Below are positions 9,913-20,205 of a stretch of 64,000 nt of DNA, piece by piece; the stretch's first letter is position 1, and each line of letters starts with the position of its first letter. A model generated the notes under the pieces. The model had not been told where the DNA came from, searched no databases, and worked only from the letters and a program-made list of their open reading frames with translations. The position numbers and the translations under genes are program-made. Source of the stretch: Armatimonadota bacterium (GTDB lineage Bacteria; Armatimonadota; SYMT01); contig JBKBRF010000032.1 in the NCBI GenBank assembly GCA_046292385.1, positions 1 to 64,000 of the forward strand, written 5' to 3'.

Positions 9913-10470
9913 CGACCCCGCGCCCTTGTGCCGGGAAGCAGCCCTCCCGCGACGAAGGCCCTCCGCGGCCTTTTCACACTCCGCTGCGCTCCGTTAGCAG
10001 GCCGCTGCGGGAGCTCACGTCGCGAGGCTCTTCCCGCGTCACAGACTTGATCGCTTCAACAGCCCAGTTCACGGGCTGCCTCCCGGCCCTTCGAGCGAAA
10101 CCCCCTGCGCCGCGGGGGGTTCACAGGTGGCACCCTCCGGTCCAGCCTACGGCTGCCCCTCCAGCCGCCTTTGAACACGGCCGCGCGCCCACAGACCATC
10201 GGAGCCTGGAGGCGCTGCCGGAGGCAGAGCCGGAGGGGTTCAATTGTGGCCACCCCCGGGTGCCCGCTTGCGGGCGGTAGGGGTGGCTGCTTGAGCCGGG
10301 CGGAGCGGCCCGTGAGACGCCGTCTTGTGGAAGCCGCCGTTCTCGATCGCGGAGCGCAGGCTGCCGGAGCGCACGCCCGGAGCAGCCCGCTAGCGCCGAA
10401 GGCGCGTGAAAGGGCGGCGGAGGGCCAAGCACGCGGGAGGGCCGCTCCGCCCGGGGAGGGCACGGGGTGG
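9913..10470. repeat. Long interrupted-palindrome element, copy 2
   Basis: Starts CGACCCCGCGCCCTTGTGCCGGG and ends GAGGGCACGGGGTGG, like copy 1. Confidence 0.92.
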
Positions 10471-10620
10471 ACCGCCGCAGAGATGGCGTTTCCGGAAAGT
10501 GGCAGATGCCTTGAGAGCAGCAGTCCGCAAGAGACTCTCACTCAACGCAGAGGATGTTTGGCCGCCTCCGCAGTAAGGAGAGTAGGTCTACTTCCCACCA
10601 GAGAGAGAGGTTGTTTGCAG

Positions 10621-11781
10621 ATGCCCGAACATCGAAGAATGCGCGTCGGGATGGTCGGCGGCGGCGGCCCGGCCAACTTCTTCGGCGGCCCGCACCGCAC
10701 CGCGATCCTGATGGACAACACCGCGGAGCTCACGGCGGGCGCGCTCCGCTCCAACCCGCAGGGCTCCATCGAGTCCGCGAAGGAGCTCTTCTTCACCCGC
10801 GGCTATCCCGACTACCAGTCGATGGCGTCGCAGGAGGCCGCACTGAGCGATGGGATCGACTACGTCACCATCGTGACGCCCAACGATCAGCACTACCCCG
10901 CCGCGAAGGCGTTCCTGGAGGCCGGCATCCCCGTCCTCTGCGAGAAGCCGCTCACCCTCACGCTGGAGGAGTCGCTCGACCTGATCCAGCTCACGAAAAA
11001 GACGGGGCTGCCGTTCATCGTGGCCTACACCTACACGGCGCTCCCGATGGTGATGCTCGCGCGGGAGTTCGTGCGCAACGGCGACATCGGCACGGTCCGC
11101 AAGGTGGAGGCCTGGTATCCGCAGGGCTGGCTCGCCGGCCGGACGGAGGACGCGGGCGTGCAGCAGGCGCAGTGGCGCGTCGATCCGAAGAAGTCGGGCG
11201 CCTCCGGCTGCGGCGGCGACATCGGCACCCACGCCTATGAGTTCGTCCGGTTCGTGGCGGGTCTCACCGCCGTCCAGGTGCAGGCGCGGCTTCACACCTT
11301 CGTCGGCGGCCGGAAGCTGGACGACGACTTCACCGTCCTTGCGCGGCTCAACAACGACGCGCTGGCGACGATCACCGCTTCCCAGGTGACGATCGGCGCG
11401 CAGAACGACAACGGCTTCCGCGTGGTGGGCGACAAGGGCACCGTGGAGTGGTCGATCACCGACCACACCTCGCTCAAGCTCTTCAAGGGCGGGCAGCCGG
11501 TGCAGATCTACCGCCTCGGCGCGGAGTACGACTACTTCCCCGCCAGCATCAAGCCGTATCTCCGCGTGCCCAGCGGTCACCCGGAAGGTTTCCACGAGGC
11601 GCTCGCCAACCTGCACAAGACGATCCAACTCCAGATCCGCAAGAAGAACGGCGAAGACGTTCCCGCGGCCTACCCCCACCCGGACGTGGTGGACGGCGCC
11701 GCCGGCATGGCGTTCATCGAAGCGGCCGTCGCCAGCAGCAACGACGACGGCAAGTGGACCGAGGTCCAGTCGGTGGACTAA
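10621..11781 (+). CDS. Gfo/Idh/MocA family oxidoreductase
   Basis: RVGMVGGG, IVTPN..H, CEKPL, DIGTH and PSGHPEGF. ATG at 10621. Confidence 0.92.
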   Translation: MPEHRRMRVGMVGGGGPANFFGGPHRTAILMDNTAELTAGALRSNPQGSIESAKELFFTRGYPDYQSMASQEAALSDGIDYVTIVTPNDQHYPAAKAFLEAGIPVLCEKPLTLTLEESLDLIQLTKKTGLPFIVAYTYTALPMVMLAREFVRNGDIGTVRKVEAWYPQGWLAGRTEDAGVQQAQWRVDPKKSGASGCGGDIGTHAYEFVRFVAGLTAVQVQARLHTFVGGRKLDDDFTVLARLNNDALATITASQVTIGAQNDNGFRVVGDKGTVEWSITDHTSLKLFKGGQPVQIYRLGAEYDYFPASIKPYLRVPSGHPEGFHEALANLHKTIQLQIRKKNGEDVPAAYPHPDVVDGAAGMAFIEAAVASSNDDGKWTEVQSVD

Positions 11782-11820
11782 GCCGCGGCGATTGGTGCGG
11801 TGATCTTGCAGGGCGGAGGG

Positions 11821-12369
11821 TTACCCCTCCGCCCTCGCTTCGTCTCGCTTGACACACCGGATCTCGAAGCTCCTTCCGCGGTAGAGATCCGCCCAGAACG
11901 TACTCGCCGCGCCCCGGTATTCCGCGAGCACCGCGCTTCCGAAGCACGCCTGCAGTACCGCGTGGGTCTCGCGAATGATCGTGTCGCTCCGGCTCTCGCC
12001 GAAATGCGGCAGGAGCACGGTTAGCTCCCCGCCGTCCCGCAGCACGCGGTGGCTCTCCGCGGCGAGCAGCTCCCTCAGCTCCAGGAAGAGGTGGAGCACG
12101 TACCCGCAGTGGACCCACGCCAGGCTGCCGCTGCGGAACGGCAGGTACGAAGCCTCTTTCCCCGGGTCCACCGACCCCGGCGGACGCAGTTCCGCTCCCA
12201 AGCGCAGCACGTCGGCCGGAAGCGGTGCCAGCGTCCCGGAGCGGACGCGGCCCGACGTGATCAGCGGGTCGAGCGCGATCCGGCGGACGCCGGGCGGCGC
12301 CGGTGTGGCGGCCCAGTGCTCCGCGTCGCTGCCCGCGCCGATGTCGAGCCAGAAGTCAGTCGGGGTCAT
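11821..12369 (-). CDS. Class I SAM-dependent methyltransferase-like protein
   Basis: WLDIGAG motif I, LPFRSGS and 'HRVLRDGG'. Start codon uncertain. Confidence 0.65.
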   Translation of the reverse strand: MTPTDFWLDIGAGSDAEHWAATPAPPGVRRIALDPLITSGRVRSGTLAPLPADVLRLGAELRPPGSVDPGKEASYLPFRSGSLAWVHCGYVLHLFLELRELLAAESHRVLRDGGELTVLLPHFGESRSDTIIRETHAVLQACFGSAVLAEYRGAASTFWADLYRGRSFEIRCVKRDEARAEG

Positions 12370-12490
12370 GATTGGCACCGTGGGATGTGTCTCGCACCGG
12401 TCGGCGGCCTGATTGGCTGCCGTAACCACCCTGCCGGCGGTGTGGTTTAATCAGGTGTGCGAGTCCCGTCTCCGGGCTGGCTCATCCCTT

Positions 12491-13240
12491 ATGAAAGATT
12501 ACTTCCGCATCACCCGGTCTCCCTGGCACTCGTTCGTTTTCGTGCTGCCGCTGCTGCTGCTGTACGAGGCGACGGTGCTCCTCGCGAACGCCGGTATGCG
12601 CTACCCGGTGGTAAACGGCGCCGACGCGCTGCTCTACGGGACGCTGCGGTCGCTCGGAGTGGGCGGCGTGCTGGGCAGCTCGCTGGTGCTGGCGGTGGTC
12701 GCCGGGATCGCGGTCTACTTCCTCGACCCGGAGGGCCGCCGCGGCGGCACCCGCTTCCGGCTGTTCCCGGGGGTGCTGGCGGAGAGCTCGGTCTACGCGC
12801 TCGTCCTCGGCACGCTGGTCGCGTTCCTCACGTCGCTGCTGCTCTCCGGCGGCGGGCTGCTCCAGATCGGCGGCGGCTCGCTCAACTTCGGGCAGCGACT
12901 CGCCCTCAGCCTCGGCGCGGGGCTCTACGAAGAGCTGGTCTTCCGCCTGCTGCTCACGGGCGGACTGGCCTGGCTCTTCCGCAAGCTCCTCCCGAAGAAG
13001 ACCGGGAGCGAGGCGGGACTCGGCACCCCGGTCGCCCTCGCCGTGTTGGTCTCCGCGCTCATCTTCTCCGGGTTTCACTACCTCGGAGCCTACGGCGACC
13101 CGTTCCAACTCGGGAGCTTTACGTTCCGGTTCATCGCCGGGCTGGTGCTCGCCGCCCTCTTCGCCGTGCGAGGCTTTGCCGTCGCGGCGTGGACCCACGC
13201 GCTCTACGACGTCTTTCTCGTTTTCGCCGGCCGGGCGTAG
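12491..13240 (+). CDS. CPBP (CAAX/Abi) family intramembrane protease
   Basis: EELVFR, FSGFHY and THALYD motifs, with several TM segments. Confidence 0.88.
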   Translation: MKDYFRITRSPWHSFVFVLPLLLLYEATVLLANAGMRYPVVNGADALLYGTLRSLGVGGVLGSSLVLAVVAGIAVYFLDPEGRRGGTRFRLFPGVLAESSVYALVLGTLVAFLTSLLLSGGGLLQIGGGSLNFGQRLALSLGAGLYEELVFRLLLTGGLAWLFRKLLPKKTGSEAGLGTPVALAVLVSALIFSGFHYLGAYGDPFQLGSFTFRFIAGLVLAALFAVRGFAVAAWTHALYDVFLVFAGRA

Positions 13241-13262
13241 GTCTGCGGGAGCCCGCACGTAC

Positions 13263-13294
13263 GCGAGGCCGGCGGAGCACTCCGCCGGCCTCGC
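13263..13294. terminator. GC-rich hairpin between convergent genes
   Basis: GCGAGGCCGGCGGAG-CA-CTCCGCCGGCCTCGC is a perfect 15 bp inverted repeat. There is no clear U tract. Confidence 0.5.
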
Positions 13295-13320
13295 CGCGCA
13301 TCACGTCTTCGCTGCTTCTC

Positions 13321-14238
13321 TTACTTCGGGACGCGGGTCGACTCGATCGTCACGTCGAGCTTCCCGGGGATCTGCATGCCCATCACGTCGAACGTCATCG
13401 GGCCTATCACCCGCATCTTGCTGGTGCGCTCCACCACCGCGCCGCGCTCGCGATCGATGAGGATGGCGCCGCCGGAGGAATCGATCTTCAGGTCGCTGTT
13501 GGCCACCTGGAGCGGCAGCGGCGAGTTCGGCTCGAGCTGGTACTTGACCGAGCCGACCGAGTAGGCGATGCGGTCCAGCGTCTTGCCGCCCTTCTCCACC
13601 GGTCCCTCGTATTCGTAGAACGCCTCCAGCACGAACTGCTGCCCGGCGCCCAGGTTCATCACCTCGGTGCGAGACCAGCGGTCGCCCTTCTTTACCGGCT
13701 CGGCCGGCAGCACGGAGTAGGCCTGCTCCGCCGCCTGCTTGACCTTCTCCGGCGAGTACTCGGATTTCAGCGACTCCGCCACGGCCGGCGGCAGGTTCTG
13801 AACCACCTTGTCCAGGCCTTCCACCCCCGCCACCTTGTTCTGCGGCGAGAGCAGGATGGTGTAGGAGACGCCCTTGGAAGCCTTCAGGCTCTCGATCACC
13901 TGGTCCAGCGGTCCGCCCACGGCGGGGGCCGGCTTGTCGGAGTCGAAGTCGACCTCGGAGCCCGGCACTTCCAGCCTGAGCTTGACGTGCTTGATCGTCT
14001 CGGTGATCGGCTGGTTTCCGTCCGGCCGGCGCGCCCCGTAGGCCACCTCCGTGGTGCTGGCACCTTCGGCGCGCGTCTCCACGTTCATCCCGGCGATGGT
14101 CAGCGTCTGCGCCACGCGCGTGGTCTCTACCACCGTGCGCTTCTCGCCCTCGGGGAACTTCAGCTCCAGCTTTACCTGGGCGCTCGCCGCGGTGACCAGT
14201 CCCACCGCCAGCAGTGTCGCGAATCCTACCCGTCGCAT
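13321..14238 (-). CDS. Secreted beta-rich protein (DUF6263-like)
   Basis: Signal peptide MRRVGFATLLAVGLVTAASA, followed by 'LELKFPEGE', 'FDSD' and 'LPAEPVKKGDRW'. Confidence 0.7.
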   Translation of the reverse strand: MRRVGFATLLAVGLVTAASAQVKLELKFPEGEKRTVVETTRVAQTLTIAGMNVETRAEGASTTEVAYGARRPDGNQPITETIKHVKLRLEVPGSEVDFDSDKPAPAVGGPLDQVIESLKASKGVSYTILLSPQNKVAGVEGLDKVVQNLPPAVAESLKSEYSPEKVKQAAEQAYSVLPAEPVKKGDRWSRTEVMNLGAGQQFVLEAFYEYEGPVEKGGKTLDRIAYSVGSVKYQLEPNSPLPLQVANSDLKIDSSGGAILIDRERGAVVERTSKMRVIGPMTFDVMGMQIPGKLDVTIESTRVPK

Positions 14239-14317
14239 CTCATCACTCCTCCCATTCCCCCGTCTCGCGGGAGATCCGTTGGTTGAACGTCCGGTATCCC
14301 GCCCGGTTACGGGAAGA

Positions 14318-15667
14318 CTACCGGACTCCTTCATCTTTGAGCCAGGTGACATGGCCATCGGCGAAGATCTGCGCCCGGCCGTTGGGTCCGACCACGTAGC
14401 CCAGTACCGTCTCGCCCGGCTTCTCGATGTCGGAGAGCTTGCCGCCCCCAAAAGTGTAGGTAAAGCCGGCGAAGAGGGCATCGTTCTTCACGTAGGGCGC
14501 TAGCAGGCCCGCCACGTCGGCGCCGCCGTCGGGAAGCGTCTCGTCATAGTCCTGCGCGTACATCATCAACGCTACCCCGAGCTGCTTTCCGTTCGACATC
14601 GCGACGGCCCGCTGCGCCGCCTCTCGCGCGGCGAGGTACGACTCCTTCGACATCCGCACGAGCGGAACCACGTAGACGGCGGCGTCGGTGGTGTAGAGCA
14701 CGGCATCCTCCCGCGGGGAGAGCGCGCTCCGCTCCGAGTCGGCCGCCACCATCACGCGGCTCGCGTCGCTCTTGAAGGCGCTCTGCAGCCAGAGGGATCG
14801 GATCGGGCGGGCACTCTCCTCTTTCCGGACCACCGAGTCCGCCACGACCAGAGAGAGCGGGCCCTGCTCCTCCGGCTTCTGGTACGGCGCCACCTCCCTT
14901 TCCGTCGGCTCCAGGCGCCCGCTCGTCACGTCGAGAAGGAGCTGCCGGGTCAGGAGCTTGTCCCCCTCCATCACGTGCCCGCGCACCAGCGCCCGTCCAT
15001 CCTGAGCCCAATGGACGAAGCCGAGTATGAAGCCCGGTGGCAGCCCGACCGCCCGGATCGTCCCCGTCGGCTGCACCACCCGGATGAGCTGCGGCTCCGA
15101 ATCCCAGACCACCGCCGCGGGCGCCACGGGCGAAACCGCGAGCTGGGAAGTCGGTGGAACCAGGATCAGCGGTCGGGCGGTCCCCCGGTCGGCGGAGGCG
15201 ATGTAGAGCACCCGGCGGAACGGCGGCGGCGGGGCACCCGGTTGGGCGGCAGGCGGCACGGCTCCCGCCGGCGGCGGGGGCAGCGGCTCGTCCGCCAGGA
15301 AGACCGCAACTTCCGTCCGGGGCATCCAGGCGGCGCGAAGCCCGCCGGCGGGACCGCGGGTGGACCAGACCGTCCGGCTCTTGCCGGTGTCCCGGTTCCA
15401 GAAGCTGACGCTGCTCTCCATCTCGGGGAGCTTGTCCGGCGAGATCTCCCTGCCCAGCCGCACGCTCTCTCGCGCAACCAGCACGTACCTTCCGGTGGGT
15501 GACCACTCCGCTTGCCGCACCATCGCCGACGAGACCGCTTCGACCGGACCCACCATCAGGGCCTCGGTTTCGGTCAGCAGGACCCGGTCCACGCCGAGCG
15601 GGACGGCAGCGGCGGGGGCGGCGGCGAGACCGGCCGCCAGGGCTAACAGTCGGAATGTGGAACGCAT
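14318..15667 (-). CDS. Secreted protein with propeller-like body and C-terminal DUF1559-like pilin domain
   Basis: Signal peptide and WSP/WAQDG repeats. C-terminus reads 'AREAAQRAVAMSNGKQLGVALMMYAQDYDETLP...FADGHV'. Confidence 0.7.
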   Translation of the reverse strand: MRSTFRLLALAAGLAAAPAAAVPLGVDRVLLTETEALMVGPVEAVSSAMVRQAEWSPTGRYVLVARESVRLGREISPDKLPEMESSVSFWNRDTGKSRTVWSTRGPAGGLRAAWMPRTEVAVFLADEPLPPPPAGAVPPAAQPGAPPPPFRRVLYIASADRGTARPLILVPPTSQLAVSPVAPAAVVWDSEPQLIRVVQPTGTIRAVGLPPGFILGFVHWAQDGRALVRGHVMEGDKLLTRQLLLDVTSGRLEPTEREVAPYQKPEEQGPLSLVVADSVVRKEESARPIRSLWLQSAFKSDASRVMVAADSERSALSPREDAVLYTTDAAVYVVPLVRMSKESYLAAREAAQRAVAMSNGKQLGVALMMYAQDYDETLPDGGADVAGLLAPYVKNDALFAGFTYTFGGGKLSDIEKPGETVLGYVVGPNGRAQIFADGHVTWLKDEGVR

Positions 15668-15721
15668 GAGCAGTCTCTCCGTCACGAGGTCGCAATATCA
15701 GACGAAGATCCTGCTTTGCCG

Positions 15722-16108
15722 TTACGGGCGAGTTCTCCGTCTGCGGCGCCAGGCGGCGGAGAGGACCGCGAGAAAGGCGATCAGCAGATAGCCAAAAAGC
15801 GCGCCGCAGTAGGCGACGGTCTGGAGCGTTCCGGCGCGGTCGTACCAGTAGAGGTCCGTCAGGCCGATCCGGCGCAGGAGGAAGTCGGCAGCGGCGAGCG
15901 CGGCGGCGAGGGTGAGCACCAGGCTCAGGCCCCACACCATCCGCTTCTGGCGCCAGTCCGCCCACACCCGGGATGCGGGGAGTCGCGGCGGCAGCCGCGT
16001 GGAGCCGAGGTGGATCAGCAGGGCGGCGAGCAGCGCGGCAAGCACGCCGGCCGCCACGCTGTACGCGGCGATTCGGAGCAGCGTTCCGGTTGGATCGAAA
16101 GGGAGCAA
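15722..16108 (-). CDS. Hypothetical membrane protein (3 TM)
   Basis: 128 aa with three hydrophobic segments, filling the gap between two minus-strand genes. Confidence 0.55.
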   Translation of the reverse strand: MLPFDPTGTLLRIAAYSVAAGVLAALLAALLIHLGSTRLPPRLPASRVWADWRQKRMVWGLSLVLTLAAALAAADFLLRRIGLTDLYWYDRAGTLQTVAYCGALFGYLLIAFLAVLSAAWRRRRRTRP

Positions 16109-16160
16109 CTCCGCTCCTTAACGGGCGAGGAAGCCGGAAGCTGACGCCGGCTGCTTGACT

Positions 16161-16991
16161 CTACTCCAGCCAGACGAGCATGCCCTGCCGCCCGGTGGCG
16201 GTGAGACCCTCCCGGGTGGCGCGCCGGTGGCTGAAGAAGAGCTCCGGGTGGCACGAAGTACAGAGCGGAAGCCCCGCCAGGTTCTCGTCGAGCAGCCCCG
16301 CCCCGCGGAGGCGGCGCCGCACCGCGTCCGGAAGGTCGAGATAGCTCCGGGCGCCGCCGTCCGGTGAGGGGGCGGTCGATTCCGGGAAGTTGCGCGCCAC
16401 CTCGGGTCCGACTTCGTAACAGCAGGGGCCGATCGCGGGACCGATCCAGGCGACCACGTCGCCGGCGGGGGTCCCGGCGGTGCGCTGCATCGCTCCCAGC
16501 GCGCTTTCCAGCACGCCCCCCGTCAGGCCGCGCCAGCCGGCGTGTACCGCTGCGGCGACCTTCCGGTATGGATCGACCAGCGCCACGGGAACGCAGTCCG
16601 CCACCAGCGTCACCAGCGGCAGGCGCGGAGTGGAGGTGACCAGCGCGTCGGTGGCGGCGAGCGCTGCCTCCTGCGCCTGCCAGCGAGTACCGGAGTGAAG
16701 GGCGCCGACCGCCGCGGCGTGGTGGCCGTGCACCTGGTCCCCCACCACCGGCTCGAGCAGGTGGCGTCCGAGCGCCTTCTGGAGCGCCAGCCGGTTGAGC
16801 CGCACCCGCTCGCCCACGTCGCCGACGTGCAAGCCGAGGTTGAGCGACTGGTACGGCTCCCGGCTTCCGCCGCCGATCCGAGTGGTCATGACGACGCGCG
16901 CCACGCCGCCGACCGGCTCCACCGGCTCGAACCAGCTCAGCCCACTCGCTTCCCGCCGCACGTGTCCGGCGGTCAGGGTCTCCATTGCCAT
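16161..16991 (-). CDS. pgeF: PgeF/YfiH family (peptidoglycan editing / purine nucleoside phosphorylase)
   Basis: SLNLG, QVHG, ADCVP, HAGWRG, GPAIGPCCYEVG and CT.C...FFSHRR. Confidence 0.92.
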   Translation of the reverse strand: MAMETLTAGHVRREASGLSWFEPVEPVGGVARVVMTTRIGGGSREPYQSLNLGLHVGDVGERVRLNRLALQKALGRHLLEPVVGDQVHGHHAAAVGALHSGTRWQAQEAALAATDALVTSTPRLPLVTLVADCVPVALVDPYRKVAAAVHAGWRGLTGGVLESALGAMQRTAGTPAGDVVAWIGPAIGPCCYEVGPEVARNFPESTAPSPDGGARSYLDLPDAVRRRLRGAGLLDENLAGLPLCTSCHPELFFSHRRATREGLTATGRQGMLVWLE

Positions 16992-17064
16992 CGTGCGTCC
17001 TACAGAGAAAGACGGGCGGTGCGCGGCGCAGCCGCGCGCCCGGTCGCTACCGCTGGGATCGAGA

Positions 17065-18849
17065 CTACCCCCAGTTGGCGTATTGCAGCTGCTTCCCGGC
17101 CTCGGCCGGGCTCGGCTCGGCGCCGTGGGCGCCGTAGCGCCAGTTCTCCACGTCCCGGGTCTCGCGGTCGAGCTCGATCGCGCGCTGCCACTCCCGCCAG
17201 AGATACTCCTTCTTCACTCCCAGGTGGATGTGCTCCCAGGGGAGGATCTCCTCGAACGGGCGTGGACGGCAGGCATACCACTCGCCGTCGATCCCGGCGT
17301 CCCGGAACGCCGCCTTCCAGTTCCCGCCGTTCCGGTGCGCCTCCAGCAGCGCCGCCGCCACCCGGCGGTCCGCCGTGGAGAGGACGGCCTGCACGAAGGA
17401 GCCGCGGACGCTGTCGACCGTAAACTCCAACTTCGGGTTCGCCTTCCGCACCGCCTTGCCCACCGCCTTGAGCCGCCGCTCCACTTCGGAGGGGGCAAAC
17501 GACCCCGCCCACTGGTAGGCGGTGTGCGGCTTCGGCACGAACGGGTGAAGGGTGAGCGTGACCTTGCGGAACTTGCCGGCCTGCTGCACCCGGTGCGAGA
17601 GCTCCGCGATCGCCAGGAGGTCGCTCTCCTGCTCGCACGGCAGCCCCACGATGTAGTAGAGCTTGATCCGCTCCACCCCCACGGCCGCGCTCCGCTCCGC
17701 CGCGACGACCACGTCGTCGTCGGTGACGTGCTTGCGAGCGACGTACCGCAGCCGCTCCGAGCCGGTCTCCGGCGCGATGGTGACCGTCTTCTGTCCCGCC
17801 TCGCCGATGGCGCACGCCACGTCCTCGCTCAGGTTGTCCGCGCGGAGGCTGCCGAGGGAGACACCCTCCGCCTTCTGCGCCAGGCCGCGGGTGATGTCGA
17901 CGATCTTCTTGTGGTCGGTCAGGGAGCTTCCCACCAGGCCGACGCGGAGCTGCACCAGCTCCTGCTCCTGCCGCTTCGCGAACTCCCGCTCCAACTGCTC
18001 CGGCGGCGTGTAGCGCACCGGGCGGTACGCGTAGCCGGCGAAGCAGAAGCGGCAGCCCTGTCCGCAGCCGCGGGCGGTCTCCGCGAGAAACAGGTTGCTG
18101 AACTCCGTGTTCGGCGTGAGGATCTGCGCGCTGGTGTTGTACTTGTGCAGATCCCGCGCCACCCAGCGGCGCACCGGCATCGGCGCGTCGTCCTGCGGGA
18201 CGATCTCCGCGATCGTCCCGTCCTCGTGGTAGCGGAACTCGTAGAGCGCCGGGACGTAGACGCCCTGGATCTGGCTGAGCCGGCGCAGCAGCGCGCGCTT
18301 GTCGTTCCAGCCGCCGGCCGCGTCCAGATGCTCCCGGATCGCCGGGATCAGGTGGTCGGTCAGGCCCTCTGCCTCCCCGATGATCACGGCGTCGACGAAC
18401 GGCGCCACCGCCTCCGGGTTCACCCAAGGCGCAGGACCGCCCATGATCACCAGCGGGTAGGTCTCGTCCCGCTCCTCCGCCAGCAGCGGCAGCCCGGAGA
18501 GCTCCAGCATCTTCAGGACGTTCAGGTAGTCCATCTCGAACGAGACGGAGAAGCCGAGCACGTCGAACTCCCCCACCGGCCGCTGGCTCTCCCAGGAGAG
18601 GAGCGGCGTGTGGCTGCGCGCGTGCTCCTGCTCCTCCGCCGGATCCGGCAGGAAGGTCCGCTCGCAAACGGTGTCGTCCCGCTCGTTCAGCAGCCGGTAG
18701 ACGAGCTGGTAGCCGAGGTTCGACATCCCCAGGCGGTAGCTGTTGGGGAAGGCGAGCGCGAACCGCAGCCGGTCGCCGTCCGGTTTATAGAGGGTGCCGC
18801 GCTCTTCCGAGAGCAGCTTCTTGATGTTCTGTGTAAGCTTGAATGACAT
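17065..18849 (-). CDS. B12-binding-domain radical SAM protein
   Basis: FPNSY..GMSNLG, the CxxxCxxC motif RGCGQGCRFC, APETGSERLR, PFVPKPHT and LPWEHI. Confidence 0.9.
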   Translation of the reverse strand: MSFKLTQNIKKLLSEERGTLYKPDGDRLRFALAFPNSYRLGMSNLGYQLVYRLLNERDDTVCERTFLPDPAEEQEHARSHTPLLSWESQRPVGEFDVLGFSVSFEMDYLNVLKMLELSGLPLLAEERDETYPLVIMGGPAPWVNPEAVAPFVDAVIIGEAEGLTDHLIPAIREHLDAAGGWNDKRALLRRLSQIQGVYVPALYEFRYHEDGTIAEIVPQDDAPMPVRRWVARDLHKYNTSAQILTPNTEFSNLFLAETARGCGQGCRFCFAGYAYRPVRYTPPEQLEREFAKRQEQELVQLRVGLVGSSLTDHKKIVDITRGLAQKAEGVSLGSLRADNLSEDVACAIGEAGQKTVTIAPETGSERLRYVARKHVTDDDVVVAAERSAAVGVERIKLYYIVGLPCEQESDLLAIAELSHRVQQAGKFRKVTLTLHPFVPKPHTAYQWAGSFAPSEVERRLKAVGKAVRKANPKLEFTVDSVRGSFVQAVLSTADRRVAAALLEAHRNGGNWKAAFRDAGIDGEWYACRPRPFEEILPWEHIHLGVKKEYLWREWQRAIELDRETRDVENWRYGAHGAEPSPAEAGKQLQYANWG

Positions 18850-19007
18850 CCGAAATGTGAGGCAGATTCGTAACTCTTCTAAGATTTTCCAGGGCTAAGT
18901 TAACCACGTGCCGCGGAGCAAGTCCAGCACGGGCGCCCGGCTCCCCGCGCGGCGAGTGAGCGACCGACAATCTTCCCGGCGCTCCCCTCTGCGGCAGCAG
19001 CAACCTC

Positions 19008-20177
19008 ATGAACCAGGTCAATCAGCGTCACGATTTCCTCGCGGTGGCCCGCGTGGCCCAGCACGTCTGGGTCGCCGCGGCGTTCGTCTTCGTCTGGCTC
19101 CACTTCTCCGTGGCGCGGGAGTACCAGTCGTGGGTCATCTACTCCCTCTACTTCCTCGCCATCGCGGGGGTGGCACTCCGCTATCTTACCGGCATCCGCC
19201 ACGGTCATGAGCGCTGGCACCGCGTACTCTTCGACGCCCTCTCGATCCTCTTCATCGCCCTGGGGGTGAACCAGACCGGCGGGATCCTGAGCGAGCTGTG
19301 GCTGCTCTACTTCATCTTCGTGATTGCGGAGACGCTGGCGGCGAGCGCGCGGGGCGTGGTCGTTACGGACGCCGCGGCGATCCTGAGCTACGTGGTCGCC
19401 ACCTGGCCGGTGCAGCCGAGCCAGCAGTACGTAGAGCTGCTCACCACGCGCGTCTTCTTCCTGGTGCTGGTCGCCTCGATCGCCCGCACCATCGCCCAGA
19501 ACGAGAGCCGGCGCCAGGCAGACCTCGCCGCGCTGCGGGAGGCGCTGAGTGTGAGCGAGGAGCGCCGCCGCCTCGCGCGCGACCTGCACGACGGCATCGG
19601 GCACATCCTGACCCGCGTGATCCTGAGCCTGGAGGTCGCCCGCCGGCAGTATGCCGCGGAGCCGGAAGCGGCGGAGACGGTGGCGCAGCAGACCACCGCG
19701 CTCCGGGGCGCGATGGAGGAGATGCGGCAGATCGTCGCCACGCTCCGCACCGATACCGGCGTGTTCGACATCCGCACCGCGCTCCGGGCGATGGCGGCGG
19801 AGCTGGGGGAGTCGGAATCGCTACACCTCCGGCTGGAGCTGCCGGAGGAGGCGCTGCCGCTCTCGCCGCACCGCCAGTACCACCTCTCCCGGGTGATGCA
19901 GGAGGCGATCACCAACTGCCTGCGGCACGCCGGCGTCGACGAGGCGTTCGTCTCGATCCGCGTAGAAGAGGCGCCGGTGGGGCCGGACCGGGTGGTCGCC
20001 GTGGTGGAGGACCATGGGCGCGGCTTCGATCCGGAGCACCTGGAGGGGCGGTCGCGTCACGGGCTGCAGGGCATGTCGGAGCGGCTGGTGCCGTATGGCG
20101 GGAAGGTAAGCGTCACCTCCCGTCCGGGACGCGGCACGCGAGTGATGGCCGAGCTTCCGGCCGACGCGGCGCAGTAG
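19008..20177 (+). CDS. Membrane sensor histidine kinase (HisKA_3, NarX/LiaS/DesK type)
   Basis: About five TM segments, ERRRLARDLHDGIGH, QEAITNCLRHA, DHGRGF and GLQGM.ER. Confidence 0.93.
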   Translation: MNQVNQRHDFLAVARVAQHVWVAAAFVFVWLHFSVAREYQSWVIYSLYFLAIAGVALRYLTGIRHGHERWHRVLFDALSILFIALGVNQTGGILSELWLLYFIFVIAETLAASARGVVVTDAAAILSYVVATWPVQPSQQYVELLTTRVFFLVLVASIARTIAQNESRRQADLAALREALSVSEERRRLARDLHDGIGHILTRVILSLEVARRQYAAEPEAAETVAQQTTALRGAMEEMRQIVATLRTDTGVFDIRTALRAMAAELGESESLHLRLELPEEALPLSPHRQYHLSRVMQEAITNCLRHAGVDEAFVSIRVEEAPVGPDRVVAVVEDHGRGFDPEHLEGRSRHGLQGMSERLVPYGGKVSVTSRPGRGTRVMAELPADAAQ

Positions 20178-20205
20178 CGAGACAATGGGAGTAACAGGAG
20201 GCGCG

